A stretch of 62,068 bases of DNA, the filler included, from Candidatus Woesearchaeota archaeon (lineage in GTDB: Archaea > Nanobdellota > Nanobdellia > Woesearchaeales > BM511), in the NCBI GenBank assembly GCA_023266675.1. It is 5 parts of 5 records of this genome, joined end to end, with 100 filler letters (N's around TTAATTAATTAA, not from the genome) between each part and the next. Parts side by side here need not be neighbours in the genome. Positions count along the whole stretch, not along the records: positions 43,559 to 49,711 come from JAHFPP010000070.1; positions 49,812 to 55,902 come from JAHFPP010000071.1; positions 56,003 to 62,068 come from JAHFPP010000072.1; 2 more parts are not named here. One strand, written 5' to 3'. The notes under the pieces are model-generated. The model made no database searches. It had not been told where the DNA came from and worked only from the letters and a program-made list of their open reading frames with translations. The number at the start of each line of letters is the position of its first letter. Position 1 is the stretch's first letter. Shown here in pieces: positions 48,142-58,306 of the stretch. A program made the translations under genes and the position numbers.

Positions 48142-49711
48142 GAAAAAAAGGATTTCTTAAAAGCAGACATGCCCAGATAACAATCTTCATAATCATAGGA
48201 ATCGTGCTGCTATTTTCTTCAGCATTGATTATCTACATAAAAAACAAGATGACAAATGTTACGCCTACACCAACTGTAATCCAGAACGTGCCTGAAGATC
48301 TTATCGGCATGAAAACATACATTGAAGACTGCATATATTCTACAGGCAAAGACGCAGTTACTTTAATTGGCGCTCACGGAGGATATATTTATCCAGGAAA
48401 AGTTTTTCAAGGTTTGCATAAACCTATAATACCAAATACATTAAAACCTACAGAATCAAATGGTGTTGAGAATATAGCTTCAAATTCTAGAAGCGTTGTT
48501 GCATACTGGTACTATCTTTCATCGCCAAACAACTGTCAAGGCAACTGTCAATTTTCCACAGAGATGCCTCTTTTAGAAGGAAGTGACCCTAGAACTATTC
48601 AATCTCAAATTAGTGATTACGTTAACACAAACTTCAGAACATGTTTAAACAATTTTGAAACTTATTCTAACATGGGTTATGATATCAAACAGGGAGTTCC
48701 AACAACTAAAACAACATTTACACAATCAGATGTTGTAATAGATGTAACATGGCCAATTGAAGCTGGGCGTACAAGCGACAAAATGAAAAAACTTGAAAAA
48801 TTTGTAGTGAGACTTCCTGTTAATCTTAGGGGAGCTTATAATTTTGCAGAGCAAATAACAACCGAACTCAGTGAAAATTCATATCTTGAAACAAACACAT
48901 TAAACCTTATTGCAGAATGGAGTGATAAGAACAAAGATCAGCTTGCGCCAATGGCAGAGTTTCCAATACAAAAAGAAGCAACCAAAGTTTGGATGTTTGA
49001 TGATTTGAAAAACAGATTATCAACTGTTTTATTTCTTTATGTGCCCTTCTTAAGAATTCAAAACTCGTTAAATGGAGACAGCTTTACATATCCAGATTCA
49101 TTTGCGCGCGTAGTCATAAATAAGCCAGTAATTAAATTAAATGATAGTAATGCGGACCATCCTTACGAAGTTGATTTTAGATACTCATCAAGATGGCCTA
49201 TATATTTTGATATCACACCACGAAACGGCCAGATAATCCAGCCAAAAAGTATTCTTGACGGATTTGGAGTCTTAAGTTTAATGCCTGGAATTGGAATGAA
49301 GCAATACGAATTCCAATATGACATCTCATACCCGATAATAATTTCACTTTATGACCCTGCTGCATTTAACAATGAACTTAACAGAGACGCTGCTGGCAAT
49401 GGGTTTAGTTTTATGTTTGCAGTAGAATCAAATATACGAAATAATCAGCCTTTAAACGCAGATTTCAATCCTTTGTATATATCCAATGATATACAAACTA
49501 ATGTATGTGATGAACAGCAAAGACACAGCGGCAATATCAGTGTAAGTACATATGACTTTGTCACTAAAAAACCGCTTGAAGATGTTTTTATATCTGTCAG
49601 CTTTGGAAATGAAGGATGCAATGACATAGGTTCAACTAAAATTAACACTAAAACTAATAAATCAACATCAACAGAAAAGTATCCTACTGGTGTCGGGTCT
49701 CTTAAACTTTC
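48138..49711 (+). CDS. large class III signal-peptide protein, 3'-truncated by contig end
   Basis: RHAQITIFIIIGIVLL, YIEDC..IGAHGGY; runs into the linker. Confidence 0.82.
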
Positions 49712-49811
49712 NNNNNNNNNNNNNNNNNNNNNNNNNNNNNNNNNNNNNNNNNNNNTTAATTAATTAANNNNNNNNNNNNNNNNNNNNNNNNNNNNNNNNN
49801 NNNNNNNNNNN
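49712..49811. other. artificial contig linker
   Basis: N-run with TTAATTAATTAA. Confidence 0.97.
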
Positions 49812-50042
49812 ATATTAGTTATTATAAAATATTTATATAAAATATTAAAAAATAAATATTAATTATTAATAATAATAATTATTACTTAGTTTATAGTACT
49901 ATCAGTTATAGAAAAGTATATTAATATTATAAAATTTCTTATAACATAAATTTTGAATAACTAATATAAGAATAAAGGAGAAAAGAAATTTTATAAAACT
50001 GAAAATCTTTGATTTTCATGTATTATAAGAAAAGTTATAACA

Positions 50043-50972
50043 ATGACTAAGTCGTACCTTGTTAAAGAAAAAGATGGAAAATTAGTTTACACGTCAGTTA
50101 TAATACTTGATAACCCCTCGTCAATATCATTGATAGACCATCCGATAAGAATAAAGATTCTCGAAATACTAAACAAAGAGCCGATGTATCCTGCAGAGCT
50201 TGCAAAACTCCTTAATCTTCACGAGCAAAAAGTGTATTACCATATCAAACAACTTGTAAATGCTAATGTTTTGCAGATTGTTGAGAAAAAAGATATTAGA
50301 GGAACAACTGCCAAAAAGTTTTCTCCAAAAAACATGAGTTTTGCAGTATCTTTGGCAAAGGACTGGAAAAAACTAAATTCATTAATTGAGAAAAAAGATG
50401 ACAATATCAGTAAATTCCTTGAAGGCTTTGTTGAAAATAACACATTAAACGCTTCATTTGTTGTAGGTTCACCCGACCCTCACGGACCGCATAAAGCGCG
50501 TGCAAGAGATGGACATTATGCAATTGATTTAGCGCTTTTCTTTGGAAACCATGCAGAGATACCTAAAGATTTTTCCGCAAAGCTTGACGTTGATATTGAC
50601 ATGAAAACATCAGGCAACTTAATAATCGTTGGAGGTCCAGTAACAAACCTTTTATGCGCAAAACTGAACGATTTTATGCCTGCAAAGTTCTCAGACAAAA
50701 AACCGTGGGGAATAATCACAAAAAAAGATACTTACACTGATGATGCGATTGGTTTAATTGCAAGAATCCCAAACCCTTATAATCCTGAATACAAGATACT
50801 TGTTATCGCAGGCATAAGATTTGTTGGCACAAAAGCCGCTGTTATGGCATTAACACGCCACACAAAACAGGTTTTATCAAGATTCTCAGGGCAAAAAGAA
50901 TTCTACGCGGTAGTCCATGGATTTGATATGGACGCTGACGGAAAAATTGACTCAATAGAATTGTTGGAATAA
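50043..50972 (+). CDS. ArsR-type HTH regulator fused to an S-layer-C-like alpha/beta domain
   Basis: PIRIKILEIL..MYPAELAK..EQKVYYHIKQL; C-domain NLIIVGGPVTN, ILVIAG...GTKAA. Confidence 0.8.
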   Translation: MTKSYLVKEKDGKLVYTSVIILDNPSSISLIDHPIRIKILEILNKEPMYPAELAKLLNLHEQKVYYHIKQLVNANVLQIVEKKDIRGTTAKKFSPKNMSFAVSLAKDWKKLNSLIEKKDDNISKFLEGFVENNTLNASFVVGSPDPHGPHKARARDGHYAIDLALFFGNHAEIPKDFSAKLDVDIDMKTSGNLIIVGGPVTNLLCAKLNDFMPAKFSDKKPWGIITKKDTYTDDAIGLIARIPNPYNPEYKILVIAGIRFVGTKAAVMALTRHTKQVLSRFSGQKEFYAVVHGFDMDADGKIDSIELLE

Positions 50973-50974
50973 TT

Positions 50975-51322
50975 CTAACTTCCAATAAAAACACTTGATG
51001 CCCCTTCTACAAAAAGAAAGCTTGCCATAATTAATGGAAGAGAAGAAATTATTCCTGTTGGGAGTTTTATTAAAAATGAGAGGAAATATACCAGCGTCGG
51101 TATCATTAAAACAAAGCCAACAATCCATGTTAAAACAATATGTTCATCGCTAAAATGAGAATGAATAATATCTCCAATCTGAATTATTATTAGACCAATT
51201 GATGCTATTAAAAGAAGACTTAATCCGAATATATTGCTTATTTTTGTAACTCCAAAAGAATCAAGATAGAGCATTATGCTTATTGGCAAAAATGCTATTC
51301 CTGCTATGTGACCAAGGTACAT
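50975..51322 (-). CDS. membrane protein
   Basis: About 4 TM segments. Confidence 0.7.
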   Translation of the reverse strand: MYLGHIAGIAFLPISIMLYLDSFGVTKISNIFGLSLLLIASIGLIIIQIGDIIHSHFSDEHIVLTWIVGFVLMIPTLVYFLSFLIKLPTGIISSLPLIMASFLFVEGASSVFIGS

Positions 51323-51399
51323 AATTAAAATATTAAAAAGAAGTTTTATATATCTTTTGTTTTGTAATAAAATAATAAATAAAATTTTGGAGGAGTATA

Positions 51400-51675
51400 A
51401 TGAGCGAATTAAAAACTACCGGGAAAATAACAGAAATAAAGGAAAATGGTTGGAGTATCACTGAAATTGATATAAGTGAGCATAAAAGCATATTTGGAAT
51501 AGGCATAAATGGCAGAATGAAAATAATGATGGATAAGGAAGCAACATTTCAATTTACTCAATTGGCTGTAAAACAAATCTTAGGCAAGCAATACAAGGCG
51601 GGAAATCATGAATTTATCCTTAAAAAACTCAAAGAAACTTTAGAAGGCAAAACAATAGAAATAACGATAAAATAA
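51400..51675 (+). CDS. hypothetical protein
   Basis: 91-aa ORF with GGAGG SD. Confidence 0.65.
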   Translation: MSELKTTGKITEIKENGWSITEIDISEHKSIFGIGINGRMKIMMDKEATFQFTQLAVKQILGKQYKAGNHEFILKKLKETLEGKTIEITIK

Positions 51676-51679
51676 TATT

Positions 51680-52120
51680 TTAATTTTTCTTATCAGTCCA
51701 CACAACTTTTATTTTGTGGCCGTTTTCTTCTGCTTCGACTTTACACGTGTCAAATATCTCTGCGTCAAGGTTTTCACGTATCTTTGACTTTGAATACTTC
51801 CGTTTTTTTAACCGTTTTTCAAGCGTTTTAAGCGAACATTTTGTTACAATGCATGAATCCACATACTTCTTTGGTAAGTAATGGGAAAGGTGGGAGTCAA
51901 TCACTATATTCTTGTTTTCTTTGATTAGCTTAATTAAAGATTTGTTTAGTTTTTTTGTGTCAATTATCTTTGATTTTCTTAGTTTATCATATCCTTCAGA
52001 AAGTTTTTCTCTATCAATTATTTTATTTACATCAATGTGAGTATAACATTTCTCTTTAGCAATTTTTTTAGCCAAAGTAGTCTTTCCGGTTCCGGGCGTC
52101 CCTGTTATTATGATAACCAT
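51680..52120 (-). CDS. adenylate kinase, AK6/Fap7 type
   Basis: IIITGTPGTGKTT, IDSHLSH, RLKKRKYSKSKIRENLDAE. Confidence 0.9.
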   Translation of the reverse strand: MVIIITGTPGTGKTTLAKKIAKEKCYTHIDVNKIIDREKLSEGYDKLRKSKIIDTKKLNKSLIKLIKENKNIVIDSHLSHYLPKKYVDSCIVTKCSLKTLEKRLKKRKYSKSKIRENLDAEIFDTCKVEAEENGHKIKVVWTDKKN

Positions 52121-52150
52121 AAAAGAAAGAAAATGCTTAAGTTTAATAAC

Positions 52151-54157
52151 CTATTTTTTTATAACTGTTCTTGAAAGAAGATTATTCTTTTCTATGGTCT
52201 TTAGTATTCCCCATCGTGTTCTCATCTTTGAAAGTTTTTCTGCGAGTTCCTTGTCTTCAAGGACTTCCAATGCGAAATCTGCAACCCTGTTTGTTCTCCT
52301 GAATACCAGACTCTTGTAGTCTCTTCTTTTAAGTCCTTTTATGAATCTGTAAAGCTCTTTTTGATCTTTGATTAGGTGTCCGTCTATCCTGAATATCTCT
52401 TTTATGTTTTCAGGTCTTTCCTCTGTTCTTTTTCTGTATAACGCGAATTTGCTGAAAAACGATGCCTTTGCAATCTTTTCAACTATTATTATAATTACAA
52501 ATATTGATACTATCATCAATCCTAAAAGAGTTATCTCATGTTTTATTGAATCTAGACTTGATGAAAATAGCAGTGATTTTTTTAGAGCTTCTGCGCTTAT
52601 TACAAATGGATTGTATCTTGCAAACTCCTGAATATATACTGGCATGTTCTCTATTGGAAGTATAAGGTCTGATGTCATCAGAAATATTGAGCTTACGGAT
52701 ATTGCGCCAATCATTCCTGTTTGCTCTGTACTGAATAAGTAGCCTACTACCATTCCTATAAGTACGAATAGTGATGAGATTAAGAGAATTAAGATTGTAA
52801 GGTTTTGCAGGTTTCCTGAAAAATTTGTGTGGAATGCAAATGTTGAAAGTAAAAGTACAAGTCCGATTTGCACAACCATGATTATTACGCTTGTAAGGAA
52901 TGTTGCAAAAGTAAATATTACATCATTTGTTGGAGTTGTAAAATTCCTAAAGTATGCCTTTGAATTCTTTTCCATAATTATCAATGTTGATGACAGCATT
53001 ATGCTTATCATCATTATCAAAAGAACTATTAAGCTTGGAAACAGGTAATCCAGATGGCTTTTTTCAGGTGTGACAGTTTCAACAGTTGTTGTTATTGGTG
53101 AGATTATATTTTGCGCGCTTGTAACCTGAAGAGTATTTATATCGTCAATTACTGCGCTTAGTGATTTGTTTGCTGCCTTTATTTTTTCCTGAACAGCTGC
53201 TGCATCCAAATCAAGTCCATTTTTAAGGTCGGCAATAGCTGATTTTTCAATATCTCGTGCGTTATCAACATTCTTAACTAAAGTTACAACTGATGACGTC
53301 ATTTGTTTAGAAGTGTTTACAAGCTCTTCTCTTGCGACAACTGATTTATTTAAAGACTGGTATAATTTTCCGCCAAATCCGTCATAATCATCTAATTGAT
53401 TTTCCCAATATGTTTCTGTTCTATTAGGACCAAATCCTGTAGCGTCTCCAGTAATATTTAATGCGAGTGTCAAAACATTTTTGCCTTCATTATATATGAC
53501 TAGAGTCTTGGCTTTTAGTGCCTCTGCTTTTGTGTCGATGTTTCCTGCAGATGAAGAAATAGATTTCGTGTCAACAGTATTAGAGTCTAGCTTGGCCTGC
53601 ACATATTTTGACCTTGAAAGAACTTTGTTGTTTGCATCAGTTATTGCCTGTATATCTGATGTTTTTGTTTTTTCTATACTTGTCTTTGTCCTCGTCATTA
53701 CATTTATTATCCTTGTAGTCATATCAAGCGAAAGTTCTGATGAACGCTCAGTAAATGATGAAGTTATAGTATTTACAACGGCGTATACAAAGTTTTGTTT
53801 TGTCTGGTCAACATAAAACTTTATTTCATTTGTTTTGCCGTTTTTGATTTCAAAATCTTTTGGGAAAATGATGCAAGTATGCACTGCAGACTGCTTAATG
53901 TTGTCAATGCATTCTTTTTCTGAAGCGAATTTCGTGATTTTGTAGTTTGTATCGTTTAATTTTGAGATATATGACGTTGTTAGTATATTGTAATCAGGTG
54001 AATATACCCCTATTTTTAATGTGAATGATGATGAGTTTGAAAATGATAGTCCGACTAAAAGTATAAGTAAAAGAGGACCGAGTATCACTACTAGCGCAGA
54101 TGACTTGGACCTTACAAGGACCTTGAAATTTTTTGATATTATTTTGAAAAGTTTCAT
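52151..54157 (-). CDS. ABC-2 exporter permease with long extracellular coiled coil and C-terminal cytoplasmic domain
   Basis: KNFKVLVRSK..ILGPLLLILL, YLFPSLI, MEK..AYFR..TP, ILPIENMP..NPF. Confidence 0.88.
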   Translation of the reverse strand: MKLFKIISKNFKVLVRSKSSALVVILGPLLLILLVGLSFSNSSSFTLKIGVYSPDYNILTTSYISKLNDTNYKITKFASEKECIDNIKQSAVHTCIIFPKDFEIKNGKTNEIKFYVDQTKQNFVYAVVNTITSSFTERSSELSLDMTTRIINVMTRTKTSIEKTKTSDIQAITDANNKVLSRSKYVQAKLDSNTVDTKSISSSAGNIDTKAEALKAKTLVIYNEGKNVLTLALNITGDATGFGPNRTETYWENQLDDYDGFGGKLYQSLNKSVVAREELVNTSKQMTSSVVTLVKNVDNARDIEKSAIADLKNGLDLDAAAVQEKIKAANKSLSAVIDDINTLQVTSAQNIISPITTTVETVTPEKSHLDYLFPSLIVLLIMMISIMLSSTLIIMEKNSKAYFRNFTTPTNDVIFTFATFLTSVIIMVVQIGLVLLLSTFAFHTNFSGNLQNLTILILLISSLFVLIGMVVGYLFSTEQTGMIGAISVSSIFLMTSDLILPIENMPVYIQEFARYNPFVISAEALKKSLLFSSSLDSIKHEITLLGLMIVSIFVIIIIVEKIAKASFFSKFALYRKRTEERPENIKEIFRIDGHLIKDQKELYRFIKGLKRRDYKSLVFRRTNRVADFALEVLEDKELAEKLSKMRTRWGILKTIEKNNLLSRTVIKK

Positions 54158-55344
54158 TTTGTTTCAGCTGCTGATTCTTTTTTATCAATTATCTTTTTTG
54201 ATTCTTGAGCATGCTCAGACGCTTTGTTTCCTGATATGTCTTCTTTTTTCTGTTCTTCAGTTACTTTTTCTTCGACAGTTGATTTCTTTTCATCTTTTTC
54301 ATGCTTCTTTTCATCATGATGTGTTTCATGATGCGGTTTTTCTGTAACTTTTTCAACTTCCGCATGCATTTCTTCCCTTGATGTCTTTGCAAGCGACATG
54401 AATACTTCATCAAGCGATGGCTTTGATATTTTAACATCGATTAATGACTCTTTTGAACCTTCAATTGCGTGAAGAACTTTATGCAAAACAAGCTCAGGAG
54501 TTGTTGTTGAAATTACAAGTTCAGTTCCTCTGTTCTCAATTTCCTCTATGGATTTATCTTTTAGCTTTTTTATAAGCTCATCATAATTTCCTGGATAAGT
54601 CTCAATATGTATTTTTTCATCTTTTGAAAATCTGTCCTTAACCTGATCAGGTGTTCCTACAGCAAGAAAATTATGTTTATAGATTATTCCTATTCTTGTG
54701 CAAAGAGTTTCAAGTTCTTCAAGATTATGGCTTGAAAGTATAATTGTAGTGCCTTTCTTATTTATTTTTTTGATTAATTTTAATATATGTTTTCGCAAGA
54801 ATGGGTCGAGGTCCGCTGTTGGTTCGTCAAGAATCAGCACTTTTGGGTCGTGCATGAGCGCGCATGCTATGTCAAGTCTTCTTTGCATTCCTCCGGAAAG
54901 ATCTGATGCTAAATTATCTTGTTTGCTTTTTAATTCCATCAGATTCAAAAGTGTGTCAATATTTATTTTTCTCTCTTCGCTTGTCAGGTCGTGAAGATCG
55001 CCAAAATAGTCAAGATTCTCGTATACTGTAAGCTTTGAATAAAAAGAGGGTGACTGGCTTGCAAACCCGAACAGTTTTTTTATTGTTTTTTGCCTGGAAA
55101 ATATTGACTTAAAGCTTTCCTTAAGGGATTTGTTGACTAGTATCTTCTGATTAAAGAATATATCCCCTGAATCTATTGGTATAAATCCTATGAGTGTTGT
55201 TAAAAGCGTTGTTTTTCCTGAACCTGATGCGCCTATTACCCCAAATATTTCTCCTGAATTTATATCAAGGTTTATCTTGTCAAGAATAGGGGAATTATTA
55301 TACGTCTTGGTTAAATTCTGAAATCTTATTATCGGCTCAGGCAT
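54154..55344 (-). CDS. ABC exporter ATP-binding protein with charged His-containing tail
   Basis: GASGSGKTT, LSGGMQRR, LILDEPT, SSH, PSLDEVF. Confidence 0.93.
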   Translation of the reverse strand: MPEPIIRFQNLTKTYNNSPILDKINLDINSGEIFGVIGASGSGKTTLLTTLIGFIPIDSGDIFFNQKILVNKSLKESFKSIFSRQKTIKKLFGFASQSPSFYSKLTVYENLDYFGDLHDLTSEERKINIDTLLNLMELKSKQDNLASDLSGGMQRRLDIACALMHDPKVLILDEPTADLDPFLRKHILKLIKKINKKGTTIILSSHNLEELETLCTRIGIIYKHNFLAVGTPDQVKDRFSKDEKIHIETYPGNYDELIKKLKDKSIEEIENRGTELVISTTTPELVLHKVLHAIEGSKESLIDVKISKPSLDEVFMSLAKTSREEMHAEVEKVTEKPHHETHHDEKKHEKDEKKSTVEEKVTEEQKKEDISGNKASEHAQESKKIIDKKESAAETK

Positions 55345-55401
55345 ACTCTTTTATTGAAACACTCTCTTTTTTAAGTTTCATAGTCACTTTAAAGAGGTAA
55401 T

Positions 55402-55902
55402 CTATTTTTTGTTTCTTAACCAATCAATTATCGCATACGAAAATAGCGCTAATACCCCGCCAATAAAGAACCATAATGGCACGCTTTGTGTCCAAGGTGA
55501 CGACGCTTGTACTGCTTCTGGTGCTGCCCTAAGCATCATCGGTGCAGCCTGTTTTGCTGCCATTAAGCTTGGAGCTGCACCAATTGTGTTTTCCATGTTT
55601 AAGCTTCGAATAAAAGTTATGATAGCGCTTCCAATAACTATAACCCCGAATGCCGGAAACAATTTTTTTAATTTGTCAAAAATGCCAATTTCATCCTTAG
55701 GAGCGATGATTATATACTTATTTGCGAGGGAATAATGGTTTACTTCTTTACCTTTTTCTGAGTAATGAAATTCGTCAATATCAACTAATTTTACTTCAAC
55801 AAGCTGCTTTAAATTGTAATGAACTGTTGGTAAAGGAATGTTTAATTCTTCAGCTATCTTTGTCTCTGTAGAATGCTTGGTTTTTGATAAATGGTCAAGT
55901 AT
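55402..55902 (-). CDS. C-terminal part of the ArsR HTH regulator begun at 229-1; two TM helices
   Basis: Open frame LDHLSKTKHSTETKIAEELNIPLPTVHYNL..FHYSEKGKEVNHYSLANKYIIIAP..TM..WFFIGG. Confidence 0.8.
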   Translation of the reverse strand: MLDHLSKTKHSTETKIAEELNIPLPTVHYNLKQLVEVKLVDIDEFHYSEKGKEVNHYSLANKYIIIAPKDEIGIFDKLKKLFPAFGVIVIGSAIITFIRSLNMENTIGAAPSLMAAKQAAPMMLRAAPEAVQASSPWTQSVPLWFFIGGVLALFSYAIIDWLRNKK

Positions 55903-56002
55903 NNNNNNNNNNNNNNNNNNNNNNNNNNNNNNNNNNNNNNNNNNNNTTAATTAATTAANNNNNNNNNNNNNNNNNNNNNNNNNNNNNNNNNNNNNNNNNN
56001 NN
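55903..56002. other. artificial contig linker
   Basis: N-run with TTAATTAATTAA. Confidence 0.97.
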
Positions 56003-56214
56003 TTACATCTTACAATTTGAGTAACTCCTGCGTTTAAAAGAATATTCTGATCAACTCGAATACTATCAACTTCAGGACGGGCGTTTGTGATATTTACTCT
56101 AGTTGTTGTGTTAACATAATCATAGTTATAAGCAGAAAAAACAGTATTTAGAGCTAAAATTATGAAGAAAGATAACCCAAGCATTAATACTACTTTATGT
56201 TTTGTGTCTGCCAT
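56003..56214 (-). CDS. secreted sequon-rich protein, paralogue 3 (3'-truncated)
   Basis: Signal peptide, then AYNYDYVN..RVNITNA.P..IRVDQNILL.AG.TQIVRC as in 56381-57298. Confidence 0.8.
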
Positions 56215-56380
56215 TGTTAGTTTATTCTCGTAAATTCAGGAATTATCACATGAAATTACCTATATAAGTATACATTTTAGTATATTAGTATAATAACTTA
56301 TATATAAATATATCGAAATAGTACCCAGAAGTTAAGAAAATCACATGAAAACATAACAAGTTTTTATGTAAAAAAAGGAG

Positions 56381-57298
56381 TTATCCTGCTGATGCTGTGA
56401 ATTCAACTGTACCATTACAAAGACCAAACGGATTATTAACTGGACTAGTGTAAAGCTGCCAATAAGTAGTATTCACTAAAGCTACTCCATTTACAGTTTT
56501 AGGAATAGAAACTCCAGAAACATTCTGAGAATAGCTGCTTAAATTGGTTTTAGCATTAAAATCCGCAGAAGAATTCACTGAGAAACGCTCATTATCTATA
56601 GTAATATTACCAAACTGACAAAACATGGAATAATTAGTACCCGCCGCCTTATTACTACCTCCATACCCAAGAACACTAACATTAATCCTCAAATTACCAA
56701 TATTACTGATATTAACACTAACATTCGGCGAAAAATCCGCCAAAACCATATTACCATAATCAATCAAAGAAGTGACATTCAAAGCATAAAAACCCTGAAT
56801 GGATGTAGAATTTTGTCCACTCGAAGTAAAGTTATAATTGTCTCTAACAGTTGCATTACAAAGCCAGTTTGAGCCGTTGTTGGCATAATACCAAACATTA
56901 AATGCGCAAGTATAATTTGCATAATACCCGCTCTGAGAGAGATTAAGACAGCTATTATTTGTATAATGTGTGTTATTATTATCTGGAGAACTAAAATTTA
57001 CAGTATTATTGTCCCATAAAGTTGCGTTAACACTAACAATATCAGAATAGCCATTCCAATCGTGCAAAGAAACGTTACATCTTACAATTTGAGTTGCTCC
57101 TGCGGTCAATAGAATATTTTGATCAATTCTAATAATATCAATTGAAGGGTATGCGTTAGTGACGTTAACACGTGTAGAAACGTTAACATAATCATAATTG
57201 TATGCTGAAGAGTATGTAAATAGGATTAAAGAACTAAAAAGTACTAATACTAACAAAAATACTGTTTTTTTATATTCCACGAAACCCACTAAGTACAT
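56381..57298 (-). CDS. secreted, N-glycosylation-sequon-rich beta protein, paralogue 2
   Basis: Signal peptide, many N-x-S/T, conserved Cys, C-terminal GLCNGTVEFTA. Confidence 0.85.
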   Translation of the reverse strand: MYLVGFVEYKKTVFLLVLVLFSSLILFTYSSAYNYDYVNVSTRVNVTNAYPSIDIIRIDQNILLTAGATQIVRCNVSLHDWNGYSDIVSVNATLWDNNTVNFSSPDNNNTHYTNNSCLNLSQSGYYANYTCAFNVWYYANNGSNWLCNATVRDNYNFTSSGQNSTSIQGFYALNVTSLIDYGNMVLADFSPNVSVNISNIGNLRINVSVLGYGGSNKAAGTNYSMFCQFGNITIDNERFSVNSSADFNAKTNLSSYSQNVSGVSIPKTVNGVALVNTTYWQLYTSPVNNPFGLCNGTVEFTASAG

Positions 57299-57358
57299 TA
57301 TTAGTATAGTGGTTTTTATATTTTGTTATTTTATAAGCTTGGGATAAGATAATAGAGC

Positions 57359-58273
57359 TCATCCTGAGCTAGCTGTGAATTCAACAGTACCATTGCAAAG
57401 ACCAAATGGATTATTAACTGGACTAGTGTAAAGCTGCCAATAAGTAGTATTTCCCAAAACAATACCATCTAATGTCTTAGGAATAGAAATCCCATTAATG
57501 TTTTGAGAATAACTACTCAAATTAACTTTAGAATTGAAATTATCAGCTGGATTAGTTGAAAAACGTTCATTGTCGATAGTTATATTACCAAACTGACAAA
57601 ACATGGAATAATTAGTACCTGCCGTCTTATTACTACCTCCATACCCAAGAACACTTACATTAATCCTCAAATTACCAATATTAGTTATATTAACACTAAC
57701 ATTCGGCGAAAAATCCGCCAAAACCATATTACCATAATCAATCAAAGAAGTGACATTCAAAGCATAAAAACCCTGAACAGAGGTAGAATTTGATAAACTA
57801 TCGGTATGATTTGACAAATCCATAACAGTTGCGTTGCATAACCAGTTTGAACCATTATTGGCATAATACCAAACGTTGAAATAACATGAATAATTTACAT
57901 AAAATCCATTTTGGGAGGTATATGTGCAGTTTGTATTTGTATAATGTGTATTATTATCATCTGGAGAGCTAAGATTGACATTATTATTATCCCAAAAAGT
58001 AGCATTGACAACAGATATATCAGAATATCCATTCCAATCATGCAAAGAAACATTACAGGTGATATTATGCGTAGCTCCTGCAGTTAAAAGTATATTTGGT
58101 GTTACAATTACTGTATCTATTACTGGATAGGGGTTTGTAACATTCACCCGTGATGTTGCATTGAAGATGTTAGATGAATAAACTGATGAATAATTTAACA
58201 ATAAAGTAGCAACTATAATCAATAATAACCCAAATATCTTACTGTAATTATTTCGTCCCACACTTACCACCAC
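57359..58273 (-). CDS. secreted, N-glycosylation-sequon-rich beta protein, paralogue 1
   Basis: Highly similar to 56381-57298 over the mature region. Confidence 0.85.
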   Translation of the reverse strand: MVVSVGRNNYSKIFGLLLIIVATLLLNYSSVYSSNIFNATSRVNVTNPYPVIDTVIVTPNILLTAGATHNITCNVSLHDWNGYSDISVVNATFWDNNNVNLSSPDDNNTHYTNTNCTYTSQNGFYVNYSCYFNVWYYANNGSNWLCNATVMDLSNHTDSLSNSTSVQGFYALNVTSLIDYGNMVLADFSPNVSVNITNIGNLRINVSVLGYGGSNKTAGTNYSMFCQFGNITIDNERFSTNPADNFNSKVNLSSYSQNINGISIPKTLDGIVLGNTTYWQLYTSPVNNPFGLCNGTVEFTASSG

Positions 58274-58306
58274 ATTTATAGTTTATAATTGATAACCCAC
58301 TATTGA

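Noticed and set aside
56381..58273. Diversity-generating retroelement TR/VR pair
   Set aside because: Both copies are full ORFs, differences are not adenine-specific, and no reverse transcriptase is in the window
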